Assembly (NCBI GenBank): GCA_043820105.1
Contig: JBDREC010000001.1
Coordinates: 1 to 64,000 of the forward strand
Reading direction: 5' to 3'
Length of the DNA stretch: 64,000 nucleotides
Source: Pseudomonadota bacterium
Lineage (GTDB): Bacteria; Bdellovibrionota_F; JAHFAK01; JBDREC01
In this document: positions 38,622 to 47,926 of the stretch, piece after piece
Layout of the letters: every line of letters starts with the position of its first letter
How positions within the stretch are numbered: the stretch's first letter is position 1
Made by a program: the position numbers and the translations under genes
The notes under the pieces: generated by a model
What the model was told of the DNA's origin: nothing
The model's input: the letters and a program-made list of their open reading frames with translations, nothing else
Database searches by the model: none

Positions 38622-40784
38622 ATGAATTCTTTAATTAAAATAATATCTATTTTAGGTTTAAATCTGATTCTAATATTATTTGCTGTTAATGAAATTAAAG
38701 CTTCTGATTTAGATCGTGCCTGCAGGGCATGCAAGGATACAAAACCTTCCCAAAATCAATGCTGCCATAATGCCTTAAGTGATATGGGATTTTTTGGCGA
38801 CAGCTTGGACTTTGTCGAATATGAAGTGTTATGTAAGGATGTAGATATAACAATAAGAAGTATAGATCCTGATGCATGTGAAAATAGAAACCTTGATTTA
38901 AAAGACAGAGACACTGTCAGTGACCTAAGGTGGTGCCTGATTGACGGTGTTATCAAAGCCAGTGAAGATAATATAGAAGGAATTAAAGCAGCTCCAAAAG
39001 CTTTAAAAGAAATGGGAATATTGTTAGGTGAAGCAAACCTTGGCTTATTTAGACGAGTTGGAAGAGTTGGAAAAGCTGCTTTTTCACCAAAGAAAACTGT
39101 TAAAGAAGAACTGTCAGAAATATATTCTGAAGAAAAAGACCGATTAATTAAAACAAATGAAAAACTTGATGATTTTGTAGCTAATTTAGGTGAAATGGTC
39201 AGCGAATTCAATAAGGACTATGACTGCCTAACTCCAGAAAGAAAAGTCATCATGATGTGCAATGTCCTGGGATATCTAGAGCTAGAAGTAATGCTAGCAC
39301 TTGCAACTTCTGGAGTTGGTTTTGTAGCTAAAACATCAAAACTTGGATTTGAAGTACAACATGCCATATCCCAGGCAGCCCATGGCATGGGGCTTGTAGC
39401 TTCTACTGGATCAAAAGTCAGAAGAACTACATATGTAGCAGAAAAAATAGTTGATAAAACAACAGACTCAACAGAAGATGCGCTATCTAAAGCTGCAAGA
39501 AAAGCACCAAGTTCCTCAGATGGCAAAACACGCACATCAACCAAAGGAAGAAAAAGATATGAACCTGTTGAATCTTTCGCTTCAGATGCAGAAAGATTAG
39601 CTGAGGCAAGAAGAATTATTGGAAAAGACCTTACACCAGAACAAATAGATGCAATCCAAAGAGCTCATGCTGTTCCTTCAAAAACATATCCAATTGATCC
39701 ACATGGAAAGGCAGCACAAGCAAAAAAAGGAATCTTAAGACAACATTTTTCACATGAAGAAGCTATGAATTTAATGGATAGAGGGGTGGCGGGTGCTCCA
39801 TCAAGAAGAAAGTTAACAGCAGCTGAAATTGAACTGGGTCTTAAATCTGGAATATCAGAAGGAGATATTCCAGCTTATGGAGGCAGAGGACCTGGTGGAG
39901 GAGATTATGGTGGAGGAGCACCTGATGTAACAACCTCTGGTCCCAGTGAAAGACAGTTAAGAAGAATGCAAGCCGAAGGCAGAGAAGAAGCATTAAGATC
40001 CATGCAAGAAACTTCAAATCCAGGGTCTGCCCAAGGACCGGATTCAAGGTTGGCAGGTACAGACATTCACAGTGGCCCAGATAAAGGCCCAAGAGATGTC
40101 ACAACAGCAGGACCTTCAGAAGCTAAAAATCGAGCCACCCAAGCAGCTAGAAGGGGCACAGAATATGACGCTCCAGAATCAAGAGGAAGCGGTCAAGGCA
40201 CTGAATTTGATAGAGAACTAGATGGTGTAACAATACATGGCTCTGAAGCTAGAGAAGCAAGAAGAGTTGCACAAGCTGGTCCTTCTGAAGCTAAAAATAG
40301 AGCCACCCAAGCAGCTAGAAGGGGCACAGAATATGACGCTCCAGAATCAAGAGGAAGCGGTCAAGGCACTGAATTTGATAGAGAACTAGATGGTGTAACA
40401 ATACATGGTTCTGAAGTTAGAGAGCCTAGGCATGTCGTTCACGGAAAATCACCTGAGCCTGTCCCAACACCACAAGAGCTCGCAACACCAGAACCAGCAT
40501 GGAAATCTACAAGTAGACCAGACTATGCTACTAATCCTGACGGAAGCAGACCAAGAACAAGAAGAGGACAAGGAATGATCAAAGAAACTCCAAAAAATCC
40601 TAGAATCGATGAAATTCAATCCAGGAAAGCTGTAATAGACAAAGAAATTATAAAGAAAAAAGCACATAGATTACATGCCCCTGATGACGTTGAAGCCCAA
40701 AGGATTCAAAGAGAAATTGATTCCTTAACTGAACAAAGGTCTCAACTTGATGCGGAGTTTGAACAAATATCTGATGCTGCATAA
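38622..40784 (+). CDS. Secreted protein: Cys-rich N-terminus, helical/hydrophobic core, 56-aa repeats, coiled-coil C-terminus (polymorphic-effector-like)
   Basis: AAGGAG RBS; signal peptide; hydrophobic LEVMLALATSGVGFVA segment; internal duplication. Confidence 0.75.
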   Translation: MNSLIKIISILGLNLILILFAVNEIKASDLDRACRACKDTKPSQNQCCHNALSDMGFFGDSLDFVEYEVLCKDVDITIRSIDPDACENRNLDLKDRDTVSDLRWCLIDGVIKASEDNIEGIKAAPKALKEMGILLGEANLGLFRRVGRVGKAAFSPKKTVKEELSEIYSEEKDRLIKTNEKLDDFVANLGEMVSEFNKDYDCLTPERKVIMMCNVLGYLELEVMLALATSGVGFVAKTSKLGFEVQHAISQAAHGMGLVASTGSKVRRTTYVAEKIVDKTTDSTEDALSKAARKAPSSSDGKTRTSTKGRKRYEPVESFASDAERLAEARRIIGKDLTPEQIDAIQRAHAVPSKTYPIDPHGKAAQAKKGILRQHFSHEEAMNLMDRGVAGAPSRRKLTAAEIELGLKSGISEGDIPAYGGRGPGGGDYGGGAPDVTTSGPSERQLRRMQAEGREEALRSMQETSNPGSAQGPDSRLAGTDIHSGPDKGPRDVTTAGPSEAKNRATQAARRGTEYDAPESRGSGQGTEFDRELDGVTIHGSEAREARRVAQAGPSEAKNRATQAARRGTEYDAPESRGSGQGTEFDRELDGVTIHGSEVREPRHVVHGKSPEPVPTPQELATPEPAWKSTSRPDYATNPDGSRPRTRRGQGMIKETPKNPRIDEIQSRKAVIDKEIIKKKAHRLHAPDDVEAQRIQREIDSLTEQRSQLDAEFEQISDAA
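40113..40423 (+). repeat. 168-bp-period intragenic direct repeat
   Basis: Units start at 40113 and 40281 (PSEAKNRATQAARRGTEYDAPESRGSGQGTEFDRELDGVTIHGSE); a diverged 57-aa unit precedes them. Confidence 0.95.
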
Positions 40785-40977
40785 CAATAGAGAATAATAT
40801 TAGCAAAACATGGCTTCCAACTTCTGATCAAAAATATGCCACCCACTTTAAACCCCCGTTTTTGAAAAAAAGACAATCATCAATAATTTAATAACCGCTT
40901 ATTATTTAAACGCTTTTTAAGGAAACAACTTTATATAAAATGGCTGGCAAGTAACTAACAATTCCGGGGCAAACAAG

Positions 40978-41265
40978 GTGAAATATGGCATCCAACTTCT
41001 GACCAAAAGCACCCACCCTCAAGATGGCAGAAAAAGAACAAGAAGAGGCCGAGGCAAAGCTACTAGAAAACCAAATCCCAGAGTCGCGGAACTTGAAATT
41101 GAAATAGAAGCTTTACAAACTCAAAAAAACGATTTGCACATAGAGTTATATGATTCAAAAAAAAGTTCTGAAGTGGAAAGTCGAATAAAAAAACAATTGG
41201 ACGAAACATTTGAAATGATATCAAGCCATCATAGAGAATTAGCTAAAATCAACCCACCAAACTAG
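40978..41265 (+). CDS. Orphan module homologous to the C-terminus of 38622-40784
   Basis: DGRKRTRRGRGKATRKPNPRVAEL versus DGSRPRTRRGQGMIKETPKNPRIDEI; shared DNA AGAACAAGAAGAGG. Confidence 0.6.
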   Translation: MKYGIQLLTKSTHPQDGRKRTRRGRGKATRKPNPRVAELEIEIEALQTQKNDLHIELYDSKKSSEVESRIKKQLDETFEMISSHHRELAKINPPN

Positions 41266-41905
41266 CCAATTTATGTACCGATAAAACAATTCCCTCCTTT
41301 CTTTTAATCGAAATCTCGGGCTTGCGAACAAGCTGCATAATTGGAATATTTAATAATTTATGATAGTAAAGGCTGGCAGAGGTGAATTTAACATCACTTA
41401 GTTTTGCTTCAATTAGAAAAAGAGGTTTATTATCTTTTAACAATACAAAATCAACCTCTCTCCTGCTCTGATCTCTTAGATAGTTTAGCGAATAATCTCC
41501 CAAAGTCTGTTCATTCATGGAACTTACCCACTTCAAAAGCAGCAAAGCAATCATATTCTCAAATCTCTTGCCAGCGTCATCAGCAACAATAAAATAAAAA
41601 AAATACAGCTTTTTTTCTTTTTTAATAATTTTTTTTAAATCCTTAAAATAGGGACAGATTTCAAAGGAAATAAAGACTTGATTTAAAGCTTTTATGTACC
41701 TTTTCATAGTAGAGTGAGCACAATTTAAATCCTCTCTCAAAGCATTTATAGATAAAGGAGAACCAATTCTTTGAGGTAAAATTATTAAAAGATCTCGTAT
41801 CATATCAAGAGATTCCAGTTTTGTAAGATCTCTGATGTCTTCTTCTGTAACCCTAATCTTGTATTGCTGTCACCATCTTTTTGCTTTATTTTCAGTCTTA
41901 TCTCT
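41249..41905 (-). pseudogene. Truncated AAA_14/DUF4143 ATPase gene
   Basis: C-terminal half only (EDIRDL, GSPLSINAL, FENMIA, REVDFVL, IEAK); in-frame TGA at 41870-41872; no Walker A upstream. Confidence 0.75.
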
Positions 41906-41979
41906 AAAAAAAAAATACCAATCCATCAATTTCCATGATCTTCAAATTGAAATAAATATTTCTATGCATGAAATTACTG

Positions 41980-42072
41980 GATTAAGCTTAGGATTATGAT
42001 TAGGATTAAGATGAGGCTTTAGATTCTCTTTATACTCTAAATTCTATAAACTCTATTAAATTAAATTCTATC
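41980..42072. repeat. Hexamer (GATTAR) and ~9-mer (AAATTCTAT-like) degenerate tandem repeats
   Basis: gattaa gcttag gattat gattag gattaa gatgag, then actctaaattctataaactctat. Confidence 0.55.
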
Positions 42073-42193
42073 TTTCCTAATTTATGTATATTAAATTGAG
42101 TGAAAAAAATTGCGTAGTTGTAAGTCAATCAATAATTGACTTATTGCAAATCATATATTACAATAAGACAGTAGTCACAATTACAGGAAATTT

Positions 42194-42727
42194 ATGATGC
42201 TTAGTAATAATATGATTTCAAAGGCTTTTATTCGCTTGGATGTGATTTTAGACGAAAAGGTTAACTTATTAATTGGTGGTGGGGCTGCTTTATTAATTTT
42301 GGATATTATGCCAATTTCTACTATGGATGTTGATGCTATACCATTTAAATCAATTATTGGACCAGAGGACTTGAAAAAATATAGCCAAGCTGTTGCAAAA
42401 GAGCTGGATTTACCCGCAGACTGGTTGAATGAATACTTTTATCAGTTTACTCATTGTCTTCCAGATGATTATGGTGATAGATTAAAAGAAGTGTTTAGTG
42501 GTGAAAAGTTAACCTGTTTTTGCTTAAGTCCAACGGATATTGCAATCATGAAGTTTTTTGCACATAGAGGAAAGGATCAGAGTCATTTAAGATATTTAAT
42601 AAAAAACAAGCACCTTGATCTTGATTTTATTGATAATTATCTTGATGAAATGGTTGAAAAAAATCATCCTGGGGCAGAAGACGCACTTGCTTGTTTTCAT
42701 GATTTGCTTGAAGCCTTGGGGATATAA
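42194..42727 (+). CDS. Nucleotidyltransferase-fold protein (DUF6036/AbiEii-like)
   Basis: IGGGAAL, STMDVDA (GG...DxD), DWLN, KFFAHRGKD. Confidence 0.7.
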   Translation: MMLSNNMISKAFIRLDVILDEKVNLLIGGGAALLILDIMPISTMDVDAIPFKSIIGPEDLKKYSQAVAKELDLPADWLNEYFYQFTHCLPDDYGDRLKEVFSGEKLTCFCLSPTDIAIMKFFAHRGKDQSHLRYLIKNKHLDLDFIDNYLDEMVEKNHPGAEDALACFHDLLEALGI

Positions 42728-42730
42728 TTT

Positions 42731-43438
42731 ATGCAATGCTATCCTTTATCACAAGACGAACTTACATCTCTTTACTTTCAACTCAATAAAAATGGTGCTT
42801 TATGTTGGGGAGAGGATACTGGTTATTTTACCAATATTTCCTATGAAAAGATATTAGCAATTGCAATTGAAGCTTCCAGGTGGGATATTCGGCTTTTATG
42901 CATTTTGACAGAGCATTTTGCTAATAAATATAAAAATATAAAGCCCTTTATTTTGAGACAATTTATTGGTGAAAATAAATATCCATTTATTATTGGAGTT
43001 ATTAAAGAATTTTCATTGCTTATTTCTCAAAATGAGGACTTAAAAGATTTTTTTAAACTTCTACTAAAGAACATAAGCCCTTCGAATAACTACCTTTTAT
43101 TCAATGTTGGCCTAAGCTTTTCGCAAAAACAGATAAAATACGAGACTTATAAATCACTAAATGAATATAAAAAATGGGGGTTTCTTTGTTCGGAATTGCC
43201 AATTTTAAAGCATTTAATTAAAAATAATGATAATTTTCATCATTATGCACCAAATGAACGCAAAATTACCCTTAAAAATCTTTTTGAAACTAAAAATCCA
43301 ATTTCAATAAATGATTATTTAGAAGCAATTAATTATTCAATAAGCAGGCAACATGCTAGGCTGGATTTAATAAATAGCGAATTTATTATTTCTAAAGGCA
43401 AAACAAAGTCTTGCTTATATTATTTGAAAAACAAATAA
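42731..43438 (+). CDS. Hypothetical partner of the nucleotidyltransferase, possible C-terminal winged HTH (antitoxin-like)
   Basis: 3-bp gap after the NTase gene; C-terminal ISRQHARLDL...GKTKSCLYYL. Confidence 0.55.
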   Translation: MQCYPLSQDELTSLYFQLNKNGALCWGEDTGYFTNISYEKILAIAIEASRWDIRLLCILTEHFANKYKNIKPFILRQFIGENKYPFIIGVIKEFSLLISQNEDLKDFFKLLLKNISPSNNYLLFNVGLSFSQKQIKYETYKSLNEYKKWGFLCSELPILKHLIKNNDNFHHYAPNERKITLKNLFETKNPISINDYLEAINYSISRQHARLDLINSEFIISKGKTKSCLYYLKNK

Positions 43439-43528
43439 AATTTTCAAAATAATAAAATTGTTTTTTTTATTATAAATGGTATTATTAATTAAGTTATAAT
43501 ATTATTAAATTTAAAATTAGGAAATGTT

Positions 43529-43672
43529 ATGCCAAAAAGAATTAATGCAAAAGAACCTAAGGAAAAAAATGATATGAGTAGCTATGGCAGTCATAAGACT
43601 ACAGCGCCTTTGCAGACTAAAGACCCTCAGCAAAAAACTGCTAAAAAGCCTGCTTCCAGAACAAAAAAATAA
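43529..43672 (+). CDS. 47-aa small ORF, candidate RiPP precursor MPKRINAKEPKEKNDMSSYGSHKTTAPLQTKDPQQKTAKKPASRTKK
   Basis: Not in the ORF track; AGGA RBS; ends 44 bp before the radical SAM start; more GC-rich than its flanks. Confidence 0.65.
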   Translation: MPKRINAKEPKEKNDMSSYGSHKTTAPLQTKDPQQKTAKKPASRTKK

Positions 43673-43716
43673 AGATTTAATTGGCTTTTTTTCTTAAAAA
43701 TTAATACTTCTAACTT

Positions 43717-46137
43717 ATGCTATTATTATGTCCACCATCTGATCCATATAATAATGAATTCAATATTTCCCATTATTATCTCGGTGCTTTTTTAAAATCA
43801 AAAAGTATATCAGATTTTAATTGTTTAGAAATATCTTATGATGATACAATTTCAGATACTGTTTCCAGAATAAATAAAACCAAAGAAAAAATAATTGGCT
43901 TTACTTGCTATGATTCAAATTATTTAAAAATAAAAATATTAGCTAAAGAAATAAAAAAACATATAAAAAATTCCATAATTATTTTGGGTGGTCCAACAGC
44001 TATTGCGATTGGAGATTTAATTCTTAAGGATTGTCCTTATATTGATCTTGCTATTAGATCTGAATGTGAATCAATTCTTCCAATTCTTTTTCACAAGATT
44101 TTGTTGTCAAAGGCAAAGAAAATCACTTATGATAAAGTGCCCGGTATTTCATATAGGAAAAACAATGAAGTGCTAAGCACTAAAAAGGGCGCACTAATAA
44201 AAAATCTTGATAGCTTGCCCTCTCCTTATTTGTTAAAACTTGTGCCTGTTAAAGAATTAATTCATAATAATATGATTTTTGGAATATCACTTTCAAGGGG
44301 GTGTGTATACAAATGTGATTTTTGTAATTATTCTACAATTTATAATCATACAGTGCGCTTCTATTCGATTGATAGAATTATAAAAGAATTAAAATATGTT
44401 CAGAGAATCTGTAAGAAAGAAAACAGAGCAGCTTTAGTTTTTTTTATTGAAGATAATTTTTGCTTAAATTTAAATAGAGCTAAAGAAATATTAAAAACAA
44501 TTATTAAGAAAAATCTTAATCAATATCTTTACTATTATGCTCACACTAGACCTGAAAATTTAAGTTATGAAATATTAGATTTGTTTAAAAAAGCTAATTT
44601 TAAGAGCGTAAATATTGGCCTGGAAAGTGCTTCAATTAAAGTTTTAAAACAAATCAATAAAACATTATCAAAAAATAATAAATATGATTTTTCAAAGGAA
44701 AAAGAATATGTCCTTACAACTCAAAAGGCTCTGTTGTATTCCAAAAAAATTGGTCTTAAATTAATTGTTAGTTTAATTTTTGGTTTAGAAGCTGATTCAA
44801 TTGCTGGTGGAAAGCAAACACTAGCATTTATTAAAAAACAAGATCACATGGAAATATATGGGCATAATATTTATTCTATTTTATCTGGGGCTAATAATTT
44901 AAAAAAAGAGGAATTTGAACATAAATTTTTTTATGATAGAATTTTTAATCCAAAAGTATTGCCTCTTATTCCTAGTTATAAAATTCATCCTAGTTTTTTT
45001 CCACGCTTACCTAATACCGACATTTTTCGAAGTTTAGAAAGAAGATTTTTTAAGTATAATATCGCAATGGAACAGTACTCAGTTAATATCATTTTTCAGA
45101 AAAATTTTGATCAGATTCTTGGGTGGCTTTTTACTTGGTTTAAAGTTGGAACTAATTATTGGTTTGATGTCAGCAACAATAAGGAATCGCTTGAATTGGG
45201 AAAAGAACTTAATGAATTTCCTATATTTTTAAATGAATATTTTGTGAGCAAGAAATTTTTTCAAGCCTCAATGGAAACTTCAGAAAAAGTTTGTCATAAA
45301 GCTACACCCTTTAGCTCGATTTCAAATTTAAAATTTACTAATTATAATAAGCAAATTCAAATTATAAAGCATAAAGGCTTCAAGCGGACCGCAGATAATA
45401 CTTCCTTTATTTTTTCTATATCAAATGAGGTAGATAATAGAGCATTAAGTGAAATAATGCAAAGACTCCTGATTGATGGGAAATTCATTTTTGAAACATC
45501 TATTACTTCTAATTATTGGAGCTTTTTATTGAATGCTTGTATGTTTTACGCAGATGTATGTCCATCTATGAAATTAAATAATTTGCTTATTGATAAAAAT
45601 GCGAAAATTAGAACCTGTAATGGAGGAAAGCATTTAGCTTCAATACCGATTGACATTGATGAATTAAAACAAACAGTTCAAAAAGAAACTAAGAAATTGC
45701 ATGCAAGGCGAGATTGCAAGTTATGTAGAATATTTCCAATATGTCCAAAGTGCCTCAGCACACATTTTATGTCTGAAGCTAAATATTGTAAATTTATGAA
45801 AAGCACTCCATATTTAAAATTGTTTTTTCAAACCTGGTACTTTGTTTCTGAAAATATCCACATAGATAATTATTGTAATAAAAAGAAAAAAATAAAACTT
45901 CATCTTTTTTTATCTTATTCTCACGCTAAGCTTTTTGATAATTTAAAGTTTCGGATTAAAGAGTTTAAGCATATTAAAAAAAGCTTTTCGATAATAGTTG
46001 TTAAAGACAAAACTTATATGTTTATTCCTGGACAAGAGCAGAAATATTATGAAATTGATAAAAGTGTTTATAAAGATATTGTACTTAAAAATTTTAATAA
46101 AAAAGATCTCTTAGGTTTAGATTTGTTTTATCAATAA
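43717..46137 (+). CDS. Cobalamin-binding radical SAM enzyme with C-terminal SPASM-like Cys cluster
   Basis: B12-binding domain (IIGFTCY, ILGGPTA, ECE); SRGCVYKCDFC; EDNF, IGLES; C-terminal CMFYADVC...RTC...CKLCRIFPICPKC...YC. Confidence 0.9.
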   Translation: MLLLCPPSDPYNNEFNISHYYLGAFLKSKSISDFNCLEISYDDTISDTVSRINKTKEKIIGFTCYDSNYLKIKILAKEIKKHIKNSIIILGGPTAIAIGDLILKDCPYIDLAIRSECESILPILFHKILLSKAKKITYDKVPGISYRKNNEVLSTKKGALIKNLDSLPSPYLLKLVPVKELIHNNMIFGISLSRGCVYKCDFCNYSTIYNHTVRFYSIDRIIKELKYVQRICKKENRAALVFFIEDNFCLNLNRAKEILKTIIKKNLNQYLYYYAHTRPENLSYEILDLFKKANFKSVNIGLESASIKVLKQINKTLSKNNKYDFSKEKEYVLTTQKALLYSKKIGLKLIVSLIFGLEADSIAGGKQTLAFIKKQDHMEIYGHNIYSILSGANNLKKEEFEHKFFYDRIFNPKVLPLIPSYKIHPSFFPRLPNTDIFRSLERRFFKYNIAMEQYSVNIIFQKNFDQILGWLFTWFKVGTNYWFDVSNNKESLELGKELNEFPIFLNEYFVSKKFFQASMETSEKVCHKATPFSSISNLKFTNYNKQIQIIKHKGFKRTADNTSFIFSISNEVDNRALSEIMQRLLIDGKFIFETSITSNYWSFLLNACMFYADVCPSMKLNNLLIDKNAKIRTCNGGKHLASIPIDIDELKQTVQKETKKLHARRDCKLCRIFPICPKCLSTHFMSEAKYCKFMKSTPYLKLFFQTWYFVSENIHIDNYCNKKKKIKLHLFLSYSHAKLFDNLKFRIKEFKHIKKSFSIIVVKDKTYMFIPGQEQKYYEIDKSVYKDIVLKNFNKKDLLGLDLFYQ

Positions 46138-46168
46138 TTTTATTCATTTACCAGCAACGAGCAACCAT

Positions 46169-47812
46169 CTATGCCTCAGGTTCACTGGGCTCTTCATCTT
46201 CACTGTCATCTGCTTGCTCTTCAATAAAAGACATTTCTCTGTATTGTAGATAAAAATCAATATGAGCACGGGCTCCATCTTCTTTTCCTTCAAAGCCCAT
46301 TCCAATAATTGCAAAGTCAAAACTAGACCCTTGTGCAAGGCCTTTGGCTAAAATATCCATTTCAATGTCTTGAGGTGTAACTTCAACATCTCTTGATTCT
46401 GGCCATTTTCCACCACTTGAATCTGTTCCAATATAATACTGTGTAAAGGAATTATCTAAAAAACTATTAACTGGATTATCAAGGACAGTTTTTCTATGTA
46501 ATTTTATTAAACCAATGGCAGCGTTATCTTGTGTGTCTTCAGCTTGGGCGCCACCACCATTTCCCGATCTTGCTCTAAATCCTGTGACAATTTTTGTTGA
46601 AGAAGCAGAAGGTGCTTCACTTTTATCAATAAAAGTTTCTGGGCCAGCATTGCCTTCAGAATCATCCCAAGTTTCATCACTATTTCCAACAAGAGTACAT
46701 CCTCTTTCTTCTGTTTCATATTCTCCTGAACCATTCATATCATTGCCATATGAATCTTGATCACCAGAGTCAGCTCCTCTGTATATTATTCCTGTTGATC
46801 CAAAAGTTCCATCAGATTCGATTATAACATATCTAACGTGAACACATTGTATATCTCTTGAATCATGATCAGTTGTGTCATTTCCAGCATTTTCTGTTCC
46901 ATGAGTTTCAATTGCAATTCCCTGGATAACTGAATTGTAAAGGACATTTTCTTCTGCTGCTTCCTCATCATCATGAATGAAGATATTTGTATTTGCTTGA
47001 GCATGAGAATAACTGGTGACAGGTTCGGTTTCTATATTATCAAACATATCAAACATAGCTTCTGTATCTCCATCACAATCTTTTTGATCATGAGCTGTTT
47101 CAGTATCGTAATTCCAGCAAGAGCTTTTCCATGTATAATCTTCATGAAGGTCAAAGTGACCTGCTTGGACTCCTTCACCTTCTTGCTCGCAATTAGCTAA
47201 ACATGCGCTTTCATCAAACAATGGATCTTCAGCGCCTGTACAATCGCAAGTTGCAATGCAAGCAAGCGCTGTCCCAAAACCTGCTGTATATTGTTCCTGC
47301 ATTTCTTCATATCTATCTGTTTCTGGAATTGAAGCAGCATCTTCAGGATCAGTTCCATAGTATTCTTCAATTACATCATATACATTATCATCATCAGAAT
47401 CTGCCATCGATTCTCCGTAACCGTTATCAACACCACTTAAAAGTTCAATAAATTCTTCTGAACATACACCAAATTCAGCAGCTGCATCACAGAGGTCAAC
47501 ATAGATTGCTGAATAGAGGTCATCAGCGCAAATAGCATCAACAAGTGAACCCCAGGTGTCAGACCAGCAAGCCATTCTTTCTGTATCTAAACATTCAAAA
47601 TCTTCACCACAGGTTGAGTATGCTGTTGTTAGACATTCTGTTAAACTTATTTCTGCGTCTTCTACACCTGTGATAATTCCACCAAAGCCAGATCCATTTA
47701 AAATTTCATCTTCAATGGCTGGTGTTACTTCTTTGCGATCTTTCTTTGCGCAGGAATTAAGCATTGCCGTGGACAGGCAAATTATTGAAAATATTATGAT
47801 ATATCGTTTCAT
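46169..47812 (-). CDS. Acidic Cys-rich lipoprotein
   Basis: True start ATG 47812 (MKRYIIIFSIICLSTAMLNSC) with AAGGGG RBS; DSDDDNVYD..EEYYGTDP repeat. Confidence 0.8.
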   Translation of the reverse strand: MKRYIIIFSIICLSTAMLNSCAKKDRKEVTPAIEDEILNGSGFGGIITGVEDAEISLTECLTTAYSTCGEDFECLDTERMACWSDTWGSLVDAICADDLYSAIYVDLCDAAAEFGVCSEEFIELLSGVDNGYGESMADSDDDNVYDVIEEYYGTDPEDAASIPETDRYEEMQEQYTAGFGTALACIATCDCTGAEDPLFDESACLANCEQEGEGVQAGHFDLHEDYTWKSSCWNYDTETAHDQKDCDGDTEAMFDMFDNIETEPVTSYSHAQANTNIFIHDDEEAAEENVLYNSVIQGIAIETHGTENAGNDTTDHDSRDIQCVHVRYVIIESDGTFGSTGIIYRGADSGDQDSYGNDMNGSGEYETEERGCTLVGNSDETWDDSEGNAGPETFIDKSEAPSASSTKIVTGFRARSGNGGGAQAEDTQDNAAIGLIKLHRKTVLDNPVNSFLDNSFTQYYIGTDSSGGKWPESRDVEVTPQDIEMDILAKGLAQGSSFDFAIIGMGFEGKEDGARAHIDFYLQYREMSFIEEQADDSEDEEPSEPEA

Positions 47813-47865
47813 AATTTTGACCCCTTGAAAAAATGTATAAAAATTCAGTTTCAATGGGATATAGA

Positions 47866-47880
47866 GCAAAAGGTGTGCCA
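47866..47880 (-). promoter_or_regulatory. Sigma-54 promoter
   Basis: TGGCAC-ACCTT-TTGC, 54 bp upstream of ATG 47812. Confidence 0.8.
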
Positions 47881-47888
47881 AGTGGGAA

Positions 47889-47926
47889 AAGTGGTAAGTG
47901 GTAAGTGGTAAGTGGTAAGTGGTAAG
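47889..47926. repeat. Perfect heptamer tandem repeat (AAGTGGT)x5
   Basis: Five exact units plus AAG. Confidence 0.95.

Noticed and set aside
40113-40423. Direct repeat as a DGR template/variable pair (an Avd-like fold gene is at 510)
   Set aside because: Both copies are in-frame in one gene, differences are few and not adenine-restricted, and no reverse transcriptase is in the window
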